In this document: in pieces, positions 8,939-17,995 of the stretch | Position numbering within the stretch: the first letter of the stretch is position 1 | How the letters are laid out: each line of letters opens with the position of its first letter | NCBI GenBank assembly: GCA_947085095.1 | Contig: CAMTVD010000014.1 | Coordinates: forward strand, 160,001-224,000 | Reading direction: 5' to 3' | Source of the DNA: an uncultured Thermus sp. | GTDB taxonomy: Bacteria > Deinococcota > Deinococci > Deinococcales > Thermaceae | Length of the DNA stretch: 64,000 bases | The notes under the pieces: model-generated | Seen by the model: the letters and a program-made list of their open reading frames with translations, nothing else | What the model was told of the DNA's origin: nothing | Database searches by the model: none | Program-made: the position numbers and the translations under genes

Positions 8939-11177
8939 GGGAGGCTCCCCCCTTCAGGGCCACCACCGTGACCCCGTGCCCTCCCTCGTGGGGGGGTGCG
9001 TCGGCGAAGGTTTCCACCCTTTTGTCCCGCCGCAGGGCCTCCCGGATGGCCTGGCGCAGCGCCCCGGTGCCCTTGCCGTGGAGGAGGCGGAGGGTGGGGA
9101 GGCCCAGGGCGCGGGCCTCCTCCAGGGCGCTTTCCACCTCTAAAAGGGCCTCCTCCACGCTGAGGCCCCTGAGGTCCACCTCCTTTACCTCCCGGCGGGG
9201 CCTGAGGGGGAGAGATTTGGGGAGGGGTTCCTGGGGCAGGGGCCTGAGCTCGGCGGCCTTCAGGTTCATCCTCAGGGGGCCCACCTGGACCAGGGCCTCC
9301 TCCCCCCTAAGCTCCAGGACCTTGCCCCGCTTTCCCAAGGAGGGCACCTCCACCGCCTGCCCCGGGAAGAGGCCCGAGGGGGGTGGAGGGGATGGGGGCT
9401 TTTTGTAGCGCTCCCTTAGGGCCATGAGCTCCCTCAGGGCGTCCCGCTTGCCCTCGGTCCTCGCCTTCTCCCTGATGGCCTTGATCTCGGCCTCCACCTG
9501 GAGAAGCCTCTTCCGCACCTCCTCCTCCAGGGCCTTCAGGCGCCTTTCCCGCTCCTCGGCGAAGCCTTTTTCCCTGGCCGAAAGCTCCCGCTTAAGGGCC
9601 TCGGCTTCCTCTAGGGATTTTTGAAGGCGGCGCTTTTCCTCCATGAGGGCCAGGCGCTCCGCCTCCAGCCTCTCCAGAAGGGCTTCCAGCCTCCCCCCCT
9701 CGGGGAGGAGGGCCTCGGCGCGCTTCAGGACCGCCTCGGGCAGGGCCAGCCGCCTGGCGATGGCCAGGGCGTAGCTCCGACCCGGCACCCCCAGGACGAG
9801 CTCGTAGGTGGGGCGCAAGGCCTCGAGGTCAAAGCGCATGGAGGCGTTCAGGATCCCCTCCCGCCCCTGGGCGAAGGCCTTGAGGGGGGAAAGGTGGGTG
9901 GTGACCATCCCCTTGACCCCGCGGGCGAGGAGGGCCTCGAGGATGGCCTGGGATAAGGCGGCCCCCTCCTCGGGGTCGGTGCCGCTTCCCAGCTCGTCAA
10001 TGAGGACCAGGCTCTTCTCCGTGGCCCCTTCCAGCATCTCCTTGAGGCGCTTGAGGTGGCCGGCGAAGGTGGAGAGGCTTTCCTGGAGGGACTGCTCGTC
10101 GCCGATGTCGGCGTAGACCCGGTCGGGCCAGGCCAAGGTGGCCTTCCCCGCCGCCACGAAGAGGCCGGACTGGGCCATGAGGACAGCGAGGCCTAAGGTC
10201 TTGAGGAGGGCCGTCTTCCCCCCCATGTTGGGGCCAGAGATGAGGAGGAGGCGGCGGGTTTCGTCCAGGGCGAAGCTGTTTCGCACCGGGTTCCCTATGA
10301 GGGGGTGGAAGGCCTCCTCCAGGGCGTACGCCTCCCCAAAGCGGGGACGGGAAAGCCCCAGGTCCCGGGCCAGGGCGGCCTGGGCCTGGACGAGGTCCAG
10401 AAGGGCCAGGGCCTCGAGGGTCCCCGGCACGCCGGGATCCATGGCCAGGCGCTCCGAGAGCTCCCTCAGGATGCGGTTCACCTCCTCTTCCTCCTCCAGC
10501 CTTAGGGCGTAGAGGCGGTTATTCAGCTTGACCACGGAGAGGGGCTCAATAAAGAGGGTGGCCCCGGACTCGGACTCGTCCAGGAGGAGGCCGGGGATCC
10601 TCTGGGCCATCCCTGCCCGCACAGGGATGCAGTAGCGCTCCCGCCTTAGGGTGACGAAGCGGTCCTGGACGGCTTCCTTGTGCCGGTCCATGAGGCCGTA
10701 GAGGCGGTTTAGGATCTCCTGGCGCAAGGGGTTTAGCTCCTGACGGATCTGCTTGAGGCGGGGGCTGGCCTCGTCCCGCACCGCCCCCTCCTCGTCCAGG
10801 GCCTTCCTGACCCGAAGGAGGAAGGCCCCGTGGTCCCCGATGCCCCCCGCCACCCCGCTCAAGGCGTTCTTGAGGGGCAAGAGCTCCTCCTTGAGGGCCA
10901 TGGCTCCCTCCAGGGCCTGGGCCGCCCTAAGGAGCTCGGGCCCGGAAAGCCTCCCTCCCGCCCTGGCCCTCTCCCAGGCCTCCTTCAGGGCCCCCGCCTC
11001 GGGGAGGGCGTAGGGGTAGGCGAGGGCCTCCTGGGTAAGCTGGTGGCGCTTTTCCGCCTCCTCCCGGCCCAGGGGGGCGAGGCCTAGGGCAAGCTCTCGC
11101 CCCAAGGGGGTCTTGGCCCTCTCCGCCAGGAGGGCCTTTACCCTGGGGAACTCCAGGACCTCGAGGACATCCCGCAC
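8922..11177 (-). CDS. mutS2: MutS2 (ATPase + KOW + Smr)
   Basis: ISGPNMGGKT, DIGDEQS, LSTF, LIDELGSGTDP, C-terminal Smr LHGKGTGALR. Confidence 0.95.
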   Translation of the reverse strand: MRDVLEVLEFPRVKALLAERAKTPLGRELALGLAPLGREEAEKRHQLTQEALAYPYALPEAGALKEAWERARAGGRLSGPELLRAAQALEGAMALKEELLPLKNALSGVAGGIGDHGAFLLRVRKALDEEGAVRDEASPRLKQIRQELNPLRQEILNRLYGLMDRHKEAVQDRFVTLRRERYCIPVRAGMAQRIPGLLLDESESGATLFIEPLSVVKLNNRLYALRLEEEEEVNRILRELSERLAMDPGVPGTLEALALLDLVQAQAALARDLGLSRPRFGEAYALEEAFHPLIGNPVRNSFALDETRRLLLISGPNMGGKTALLKTLGLAVLMAQSGLFVAAGKATLAWPDRVYADIGDEQSLQESLSTFAGHLKRLKEMLEGATEKSLVLIDELGSGTDPEEGAALSQAILEALLARGVKGMVTTHLSPLKAFAQGREGILNASMRFDLEALRPTYELVLGVPGRSYALAIARRLALPEAVLKRAEALLPEGGRLEALLERLEAERLALMEEKRRLQKSLEEAEALKRELSAREKGFAEERERRLKALEEEVRKRLLQVEAEIKAIREKARTEGKRDALRELMALRERYKKPPSPPPPSGLFPGQAVEVPSLGKRGKVLELRGEEALVQVGPLRMNLKAAELRPLPQEPLPKSLPLRPRREVKEVDLRGLSVEEALLEVESALEEARALGLPTLRLLHGKGTGALRQAIREALRRDKRVETFADAPPHEGGHGVTVVALKGGASPSAKG

Positions 11178-11199
11178 AAAGGTCCAGTATAGCCCAGGG

Positions 11200-11508
11200 C
11201 TAGCGCTTTAGGAGCCTGAGGGCCAGCCGCAAAAGGGCCTGGGCCTCAGGGCTTGCCGCCCTTTGTAGCAGGAACCCAATCCGCCCCAGCCTCCCCCAGG
11301 GCAGGAGGGCGAGGAGGCCTCCCAACAGGGCGAGAAGCCGCTCCCGCTCCTCGGGGGAAAGGCTTTCCCAGCGGACCTTGGCCTCCAGGAGGAGGGCGCG
11401 GAGCCTCTCCTTGAAGCCCGGGCTTTTGGGGTCTTCCCTCCGGAGGCCTTCCGCCGCCAAAAGGAGGTCTTCCCGTCCCCTCTGGTCAAGGGATTCCTTG
11501 AGCCCCAT
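11200..11508 (-). CDS. Hypothetical protein (102 aa)
   Basis: MGLKESLDQRG...; TATCCT 7 nt before the ATG; fills the gap between GH13 and mutS2. Confidence 0.6.
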   Translation of the reverse strand: MGLKESLDQRGREDLLLAAEGLRREDPKSPGFKERLRALLLEAKVRWESLSPEERERLLALLGGLLALLPWGRLGRIGFLLQRAASPEAQALLRLALRLLKR

Positions 11509-11513
11509 CTCTC

Positions 11514-13226
11514 TCAGGATACAGGTTCCAGGAGGAGGTAGCGGGCCTCCACCTCCCCCGCCACCTCCTCCGCGGTGAGGAGGTCCACCCCCCGGGGAAC
11601 CCGAAGCCTGGCCCCTTCTTTGGCGAAGTAGGCCCAGACCTCCCTCTGCCCAAGCCGCCTGCGGAAGGCCATTACCCCTTCCGGGGCCTCGAGGGGCAGG
11701 AGGCCTCCTATCCGCAGCGCCGGGTGGGTCTTTTTGAGGTGGACGAGGCGCTTCAGGAAGCGGAGGAGGTCCTGGTCCCAGGCCTTTTCGTCCCAAGGAA
11801 AGGGAGCGCGGCAATAGGGGTCCCCCGCCCAGGCCCCGTAGGGGTTGGGTTGGGAGAGGCCGATCTCGTCCCCGTAGTAGAGGGCGGGGCTTCCAGGGAA
11901 GGCGAAGAGGAGGGCGTAGGCGAGCTTATGGGCCTCCTTGTCCCCCCTTAGCCGCCAAAGGGCCCGGGGAATGTCGTGGGAGGAGAGGAGGGTGTACATG
12001 CTGTGGCGAAGCTGGAGGGGCAGGGCGGCGTAGTAGTCGTAAAGGGTTTGCCAGAGCTCCTGGGACGTGAACTCCACAGGCCTTCCCTGAACGTCCCTTC
12101 CCGAGAGCCAGGCCATGACCGGGTGGGCGAAGCCGGCGTAGTGCATGGCCCCGTCCAGGGTGTGGGCCCGCAGGGTGGGGACGGTGTCGTAGGAGAGTTC
12201 ACCGAAGACCAGGGCGTCCTCCCTCTCCTCCTTGGCGGCCCGGGCCAGGGCTCTGAGCCAGCGGGCGTTCTTCCGGTTCGTCCCCCCTTCTCCGATGGAA
12301 TGGGCCACGTCCAGCCGCCACCCGTGGCAGAGGCGCATCCAGTGGCGGATGGGGGCCTCCTTGCCGAAGACGAAGCGCTCCTGGGTCAGGGGGGAGGCGT
12401 AGTCCAGCTTGGGCATCTGCCGTACATCCCAGAAGCGCGCATAGGTGCCGTCGGGGTGGAAGGTGAACATGCCCCGCTCGGGGCTTGAGGGGTCCTTCAG
12501 GGCCCTCCGGAACCAGGGGTGAGTGGCCCCGGTGTGGTTGAAGACCCCGTCCAGGACGAGCTTCATCCCCCGGGCCTCCAGGGCCTGGTAGAGGGCCCTC
12601 AGGGCCTCCTCCCCGCCCAGGTGGGGGTCCACCTTGAGGTAGTCCTCGGTATCGTAGCGGTGGCTACTGGGGCTTTGGAAGATGGGGGTGAGGTAGAGGG
12701 TTTCCACCCCCAGGTCCTGGAGATAGGGGAGGGCCTCCAGAATGCCCCAGAGGTCCCCCCCGTAGAACTCCCGGGCGCCATCAGGCCCTGGGGGTTCGTG
12801 CCAGGCCTTCTTGCGGATGGGCTTCCCCCCATAGCGCCAGGCCCCGTCCCGAGGAGCGAGCTCGGGGCGGCCTTGGCGGAAGCGGTCGGGGAAGATCTGG
12901 TAAAAGACCGTCCCCAAGGCCCACTCCGGGGGAAGGGGATGGGCGAGGAGGTGGAAGAAGCGGTCGTAGCGGGGAAGGCTTTTCTCCAGGCCGTGGCTTC
13001 CCAGGTACCCCTGGGGGAGGCGGAAGACGTAGCGAAAGGGGCTTTGGGCCACGGCCACCTTGGCCTTCAGCCCCCCAGGGGCCTTGGCCAGGGGTTTTTG
13101 CAGGATCTCCCCGTCCTTTTCGTAGAGAAGAAGCCCCTCCTCGGCCTTTGTCTCCAGAAGGATCTCCACCTCCTCCCCTAGCCGGGGGAAGGGGGGGGAG
13201 AGGTGCTCCAGGTCGTGGTGGTTCAT
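11514..13226 (-). CDS. GH13 maltodextrin glucosidase/neopullulanase-like enzyme
   Basis: FYQIFPDRF, YGGDL, LDGVFNH, catalytic GWRLDVA / FGE / SSHD; ATG overlaps the malG stop. Confidence 0.92.
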   Translation of the reverse strand: MNHHDLEHLSPPFPRLGEEVEILLETKAEEGLLLYEKDGEILQKPLAKAPGGLKAKVAVAQSPFRYVFRLPQGYLGSHGLEKSLPRYDRFFHLLAHPLPPEWALGTVFYQIFPDRFRQGRPELAPRDGAWRYGGKPIRKKAWHEPPGPDGAREFYGGDLWGILEALPYLQDLGVETLYLTPIFQSPSSHRYDTEDYLKVDPHLGGEEALRALYQALEARGMKLVLDGVFNHTGATHPWFRRALKDPSSPERGMFTFHPDGTYARFWDVRQMPKLDYASPLTQERFVFGKEAPIRHWMRLCHGWRLDVAHSIGEGGTNRKNARWLRALARAAKEEREDALVFGELSYDTVPTLRAHTLDGAMHYAGFAHPVMAWLSGRDVQGRPVEFTSQELWQTLYDYYAALPLQLRHSMYTLLSSHDIPRALWRLRGDKEAHKLAYALLFAFPGSPALYYGDEIGLSQPNPYGAWAGDPYCRAPFPWDEKAWDQDLLRFLKRLVHLKKTHPALRIGGLLPLEAPEGVMAFRRRLGQREVWAYFAKEGARLRVPRGVDLLTAEEVAGEVEARYLLLEPVS

Positions 13227-14542
13227 TCCTTCACGGCCCCCGCGGTGTAGCCCGAGACGAAGTACTGCTGGAAGCCATAAAAGAGGAAGAGGATGGGCAA
13301 GGATCCCAGGACGCTGGCCGCGGCGAAGATGCCCCACTTGGTCTGGAACTGCCCAGCGGTGAAGCTCCTAAGCCCCACGCCCACGTTCCAGTTCTCCACC
13401 CCGGTGAGGACCAGGTTGGCCAGGACGAACTCCGAGTAGGTGCCCACGAACTGCAGGAGGAAGATGAAGACGAACATGGGGGCGGAGAGGGGGAGGAGGA
13501 TCTTGGTGAAGACCTGCCACTTGCTGGCCCCGTCCACCATGGCGGCCTCCTCGAGGCTCGGGCTGACGCTCTCCAAATACCCCTTGTACACCCAGGTGCC
13601 AAAGCTGATGATCCCCCCGGAGTAGGCCAGGACCAGCCCGGTGAAGGTGTTCAGGAGGTCCAGCCGGGAAAGGAGGTAGTAGATGGCCACCAGGGCCAGA
13701 AACCCCGGGAACATCTGCACGAAGATGAAGAAGAGGAGGAGGGGGTAGCGCCCCGGCAGGTGGCGGAAGCGGGCGAAGGCGTAGCCGGCGGTGGCCGTGA
13801 GCAAGACGGCGAGAAGCCCGGTGAGCCCGGAGATGAGGAAGGTGTTGCGCACCCAAAGGAGGAACTTGGTCTCCGTGCCCTGGCCGGTGAACTGCCTGGG
13901 GGAGAGGCTCAGGGCCAGGGCGAAGATGGCGAGGGCCATCAGGAGGAGGAGCCTCCCCTGCCAGAAGTCCATCCAGTCCTCCCCGGGCAGGAGGCGGCGC
14001 AGAAGCCCGATCCCCGCCACCCCCAGAAGGGACAGGCCCGCCAGGAGGGCGAGCGCAACCTGGTACGGGTAGAGGACCACCCCCTCCACCAGGCTGGCGT
14101 AGTTCTCCAAGGAGGGGGCGGGCAGGTAGGGAATGACCTTGGCGTCCAGGAGGAGGAAGCCCGTGTCGGGCCTTCGGAAGCTGAAGAGGTTGTTGGTGGG
14201 GTCAAAGCTGGCGGCCATCACCTGGACCACCGGGTAGTAGACCAGGAGGATCAGCACCCAGAGGAAGAGGTGGGTGATGCCCTGCAAAAAGAGGGGCCAG
14301 GGGCTTCGCCGCCTTCCCTGGAGGCGGTTCATGAGGGCGGTGTAGCCCAGGCTGTAGAGGAGAACCAACAGGACGAAAACGAGGAGGAGCCCCAAGGCGT
14401 AGGCCCAGCCGTAAGGCACGAAGACGCTGCCCAAGGCCACCTGCTTGCGGTAGGAACCCTCGTCAAAGAGGCGGGTGGCGGCGAACCAGTAGACCCCGTA
14501 GAGGACAAGGCCGGTAAGGAGGAAGGCCAGAACCTTCCGCAT
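13223..14542 (-). CDS. malG: Maltose/maltodextrin ABC permease
   Basis: QMFP, KGYLESV, SLEEAAMVDGA EAA loop. Confidence 0.88.
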   Translation of the reverse strand: MRKVLAFLLTGLVLYGVYWFAATRLFDEGSYRKQVALGSVFVPYGWAYALGLLLVFVLLVLLYSLGYTALMNRLQGRRRSPWPLFLQGITHLFLWVLILLVYYPVVQVMAASFDPTNNLFSFRRPDTGFLLLDAKVIPYLPAPSLENYASLVEGVVLYPYQVALALLAGLSLLGVAGIGLLRRLLPGEDWMDFWQGRLLLLMALAIFALALSLSPRQFTGQGTETKFLLWVRNTFLISGLTGLLAVLLTATAGYAFARFRHLPGRYPLLLFFIFVQMFPGFLALVAIYYLLSRLDLLNTFTGLVLAYSGGIISFGTWVYKGYLESVSPSLEEAAMVDGASKWQVFTKILLPLSAPMFVFIFLLQFVGTYSEFVLANLVLTGVENWNVGVGLRSFTAGQFQTKWGIFAAASVLGSLPILFLFYGFQQYFVSGYTAGAVKE

Positions 14543-15871
14543 CTACTTCACCTCCCTCAGGGCTCCCGTGACCCGGAAGTTGACCAGGCTGATGGCCACG
14601 GTGATGGCGAAGATGATGAGGCTGATGGCCGCCCCCAGGCCGTAGGCGGACTGCCCCTCGGCGCTGAAGGCGGTCTTGTAGGCCCAGGAGATGAGGATGT
14701 CCGTGGCCTGGGCCGTGGCCAGACGCCCTTCCTGGGCTGGCCCTCCGCCCGTGAGCAGGTAGATGATGTAAAAGTTGTTGAAGTTGAAGGCGAAGGAGGA
14801 GAGGAGGATGGGCACCATGGGCTTCTCCAGAAGGGGAAGGGTGATGCCCGTGAGGGCCTGCCAGGGGGTGGCCCCGTCCACCTTGGCCGCTTCGTAGAGC
14901 TCGTCGGGGATGGTGGAGAGGGCCCCCAGGGTGGCGGTCATCATGTAGGGAAAGCCCAGCCAGAGGTTGACCAGGAGGATGGCCACCTTGGCCCAGTCGG
15001 GGTCGTTGAGCCAGGGGATGGGGTAGACCCCCAAGACTCCCAGGAGGCGGTTGATGGCCCCGAAGTTGTAGTTCAAAAGGGCCACCCAGACCTGGACGGT
15101 GATGACCCCAGGCAGGGCCCAGGAAACGATGAGCAGGGTGCGGTAAAAGTTCCTGAGCTTGAGGCCCTTGTTGTTGAGGATAAGGCCCAGGATGAGGCCC
15201 AGGAGGGCGTTCAGGAGCACGGTGGCGGTGGCGAAGACCACGTTCCAGGCGAAGACGGGGAAAAGGGCCCGGCCCGCCTGGGACAGAATGAAGGCGAAGT
15301 TCTTAAGCCCCACAAAGCCAAAGGCGTTCACCTTGGCCACGAACTCCGCCTGGAAGGGCGGGGTGCGGTCCAAGAGGAGTTCTTCCCCCTTGACCCCTAC
15401 GATCCTGGCCCGCATCCGGTGCCCCTCGGCGTAGACCTCCACGGGCTCCCCCTGGCAGGGGTCGCACCGCAGGGCCTCCTTTACGGGTTCTGCCAGGAGA
15501 AGCTTGGGACCTTCCTGCTTCACCACGGCGGTCTCTGTGGAGCGGTCGGGGAAGCCGTTCCGCTGCCCCGAGTAGTCGGTGAAGGCCAGGTAGATGGTGA
15601 GGCCGATGGGGTAGAGGGTGAAGACCAGGAGGAAGGCCAAAGCGGGGAGGAAGTAGTACCAGTCAGTGAGCCAGGGGAAGAGGCGGCCCACAGCCACCGC
15701 CCCCGGCACCAGGAAGAGAAGGGTCACGAGGAGGATGGTCCAGCCCGGGGGGGCGAAGTAGACCTCGAGGAGGAAGTAAACCACCAGGCCCACCCCCGTG
15801 GAGAGGAGGAGGAGCCCCAAGAGGAGGCCCAGGGCCCAGAGGAACCCTTTTAGGCCGGGAGGGTGCTTCAT
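14543..15871 (-). CDS. malF: Maltose/maltodextrin ABC permease
   Basis: VNLWLGFPYMM, ELYEAAKVDGA, FAFNFNNF, TDILISWAY. Confidence 0.9.
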   Translation of the reverse strand: MKHPPGLKGFLWALGLLLGLLLLSTGVGLVVYFLLEVYFAPPGWTILLVTLLFLVPGAVAVGRLFPWLTDWYYFLPALAFLLVFTLYPIGLTIYLAFTDYSGQRNGFPDRSTETAVVKQEGPKLLLAEPVKEALRCDPCQGEPVEVYAEGHRMRARIVGVKGEELLLDRTPPFQAEFVAKVNAFGFVGLKNFAFILSQAGRALFPVFAWNVVFATATVLLNALLGLILGLILNNKGLKLRNFYRTLLIVSWALPGVITVQVWVALLNYNFGAINRLLGVLGVYPIPWLNDPDWAKVAILLVNLWLGFPYMMTATLGALSTIPDELYEAAKVDGATPWQALTGITLPLLEKPMVPILLSSFAFNFNNFYIIYLLTGGGPAQEGRLATAQATDILISWAYKTAFSAEGQSAYGLGAAISLIIFAITVAISLVNFRVTGALREVK

Positions 15872-15885
15872 GGTTCCAGCATAGA

Positions 15886-15917
15886 CCCCCCACGGGGGAA
15901 AAAGGTCCCGTGGGGGG
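15886..15917 (-). terminator. Intercistronic hairpin between malE and malF (terminator or mRNA stabiliser)
   Basis: CCCCCCACGGG-N10-CCCGTGGGGGG, 11-bp perfect stem. Confidence 0.7.
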
Positions 15918-15929
15918 CGGGCATGGTCC

Positions 15930-17126
15930 CTATTTGCCGATGGCCTTCCGGATCTCGGCCACCATGTCCTCCACGATCTTCTTCACGTTGGAGTCCGGCC
16001 TCTGGATGGCCAGGGAGATGGCGTTGGCCCAGGGACCCCACACCTTGCCCATCTCCGGGATGTTGGGCATGGGGGTACCTTGGGCGAAGACCCTAGCGAA
16101 ACCCGCCACCACGGGGTCTTTCTCCAGGGTCTTGGCCGCGCTCTTGGACACGGGGATGCGGCCCCCCGCCTGGTTGAAGGCCACCAGGTTCTTGCCGGAG
16201 ACCAGGGTCTTGGCAAAGTTGACGGCGGCGGTCTTGTTCTTGGAGTAGGCGTTCACCACCACGCCCTGGACGCCCAGGAAGGGCCCCCAGGGGTTTCTGG
16301 CCCCGGGCGGGGTGGGGAAGGGAGCGATGCCGAAGTCAATCTTGGCCTTCTTGTAGTCCCCCAGGGCCCAGGGGCCGTTGATGATCATGGCCAAAGCTCC
16401 GTCCTTAAAGGCCCCGTCCGCCACCCCGTAGTCCACGCCCTCGGGCACCAGGTTGTAGCGGAAGCGGAGGTCCTTGATGAACTGGAGGGCCCTCTCCCCC
16501 ACCTCGCCCCCGAGGAGGAGCCTGGCGGGGTCCAGGTTGCCCCGGGCGTCCTTGGCGAAGACGTTTTCCGCCCCGTAGGCCCGGAAGAAGCCGAAGTTAA
16601 AGTAAGGGTCGCCGATGTTGTAGAGGAAGCCGAAGGTGGCGCCGGTGGTGTGCCGCCGGGCCAGGTCCAAGAACTCCTCCCAGGTCCTGGGGGCCTCCTT
16701 CACGTACTTCTTGTTGTAGATGAGGGCCACGCTCTCGGCGAAGGCGGGCAGGCCCATGAGCCGACCCTGGAAGGTGAAGGCCTCCACGGCCACGGGCTGG
16801 AGGTCCTCCAGGTAGCTTGGGGTCACGTACTTGCCCATGGGTTCCAAGACCCCCGCCTGGGCCATCTCCCCCAGCCAGTCGTGGGGGATGGTAACCAAGA
16901 GGTCAGCGGCCTGCCCCTGGGGGGCCCCCAGGAGGAACTTCTGCTTGATGTCCCCGAAGGGGACCTCCACCACCTCCACCTTGGTGCCGGTGGTCCGCTC
17001 AAAGGTCCTGGCCTGGGCTTTGAGCCATTCCAGCTCGGGGCCGGGGAAGTGGGTCCAGACGGTGATCTTCCCCTGGGCGAGGGCCAGGGAGAAACCTAGG
17101 GCTAAGAGAGCCAGCGCTTTTCTCAT
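15930..17126 (-). CDS. malE: Maltose/maltodextrin-binding protein
   Basis: Signal peptide MRKALALLALGFSLALA, PHDWLG, INGPW, PMPNIPEMGKVW; GGAGG RBS. Confidence 0.9.
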   Translation of the reverse strand: MRKALALLALGFSLALAQGKITVWTHFPGPELEWLKAQARTFERTTGTKVEVVEVPFGDIKQKFLLGAPQGQAADLLVTIPHDWLGEMAQAGVLEPMGKYVTPSYLEDLQPVAVEAFTFQGRLMGLPAFAESVALIYNKKYVKEAPRTWEEFLDLARRHTTGATFGFLYNIGDPYFNFGFFRAYGAENVFAKDARGNLDPARLLLGGEVGERALQFIKDLRFRYNLVPEGVDYGVADGAFKDGALAMIINGPWALGDYKKAKIDFGIAPFPTPPGARNPWGPFLGVQGVVVNAYSKNKTAAVNFAKTLVSGKNLVAFNQAGGRIPVSKSAAKTLEKDPVVAGFARVFAQGTPMPNIPEMGKVWGPWANAISLAIQRPDSNVKKIVEDMVAEIRKAIGK

Positions 17127-17146
17127 ACTCCCACCTCCGGGCGCGT

Positions 17147-17198
17147 GGTAGCGTTTCCGCTCAAGGTTTTTTGCGCGCCCTGCCCCTAGAGCATACCA
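17147..17198 (-). promoter_or_regulatory. Putative mal promoter (extended -10 TGGTATGCT) and downstream LacI-type operator-like site GGAAACGCTACC
   Basis: TATGCT at 17195-17190; pseudo-palindrome with central CG at 17147-17158. Confidence 0.5.
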
Positions 17199-17220
17199 CG
17201 TTAGCGGAGGACGCAAGTCC

Positions 17221-17382
17221 CTAAAGGGGGGCCCGCGCCACCGCAAAGGCGAAGAGGGTCTCCACCGCCTGGCTACGGAGGGGGACCACGCGGAGCCTGG
17301 GTGTTCCCAGGCGGGCGAGGCCTATCTCGTCCGCCAGGTCAAAGAGGCGGTGGAGGGCGATGTGGGGCAAGAAGGGGTTCAT
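17221..17382 (-). CDS. Small hypothetical protein, 53 aa (not in ORF track)
   Basis: ATGA overlap with the rdgB stop; MNPFLPHIALHRLFDLADEIGLARLGTPRLRVVPLRSQAVETLFAFAVARAPL; almost all codons end in G/C. Confidence 0.65.
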   Translation of the reverse strand: MNPFLPHIALHRLFDLADEIGLARLGTPRLRVVPLRSQAVETLFAFAVARAPL

Positions 17383-17990
17383 TCCAGCTTGGAGACCTCC
17401 CGGGGCGGGGGGCCCTTTTCGTAGGCCTTGAGGAGGGCCTCCAGGGCCTTTCCCCGGTGGGAGTGGCGGGCCTTCTCCTCCAGCGTCATCTCGGCGAAGG
17501 TCTTCCCCGCCTCGGGGACGAAGAAGAGGGGGTCGTAGCCGAAGCCCCCTTCCCCTCGGGGGGCCTCGAGGATCACCCCCTCCACGCTCCCCTCGTAGGC
17601 CTCGGCATGCCCGTCGGGGTAGGCCAGGACCAAAACGGCCACAAAGCGGGCCTTCCTTTCCTCCCCCTTCAGGTGGCGCATCCTCTCCAGGAGGTAGACG
17701 TTCCGCTCCCGGTCCGTCTCCTTACCCCCGTAGCGGGCGCTGTAGACCCCGGGCTCCCCCCCTAAGGCGGGCACCACCAGGCCGGAGTCGTCCGCCAGGG
17801 CGGGAAGGCCCGTGGCCTTGGCCACGTAGGCCGCCTTGAGGAGGGCGTTTTCCAGGAAGGTGGCCCCCTCCTCCTTGGGCATGCGCAAGGGGAAGTCCGC
17901 CAGGGAGAGGAGGGTCCAGCCCAGGGGCTCTAGACCCGCCTTGAGCTCCCGCACCTTGCCGGGGTTGGAGGTGGCCAGGACGACCCGCAT
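17379..17990 (-). CDS. rdgB: dITP/XTP pyrophosphatase (HAM1)
   Basis: ATSNPGK, TFLENA, ADDSGL, PGVYSARY, GFGYDPLF, SHRGKAL. Confidence 0.95.
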   Translation of the reverse strand: MRVVLATSNPGKVRELKAGLEPLGWTLLSLADFPLRMPKEEGATFLENALLKAAYVAKATGLPALADDSGLVVPALGGEPGVYSARYGGKETDRERNVYLLERMRHLKGEERKARFVAVLVLAYPDGHAEAYEGSVEGVILEAPRGEGGFGYDPLFFVPEAGKTFAEMTLEEKARHSHRGKALEALLKAYEKGPPPREVSKLE

Positions 17991-17995
17991 CCCCT

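Noticed and set aside
13148..15853. 901-aa plus-strand ORF
   Set aside because: Antisense shadow of malF/malG caused by stop-codon scarcity at high GC; no recognisable motifs
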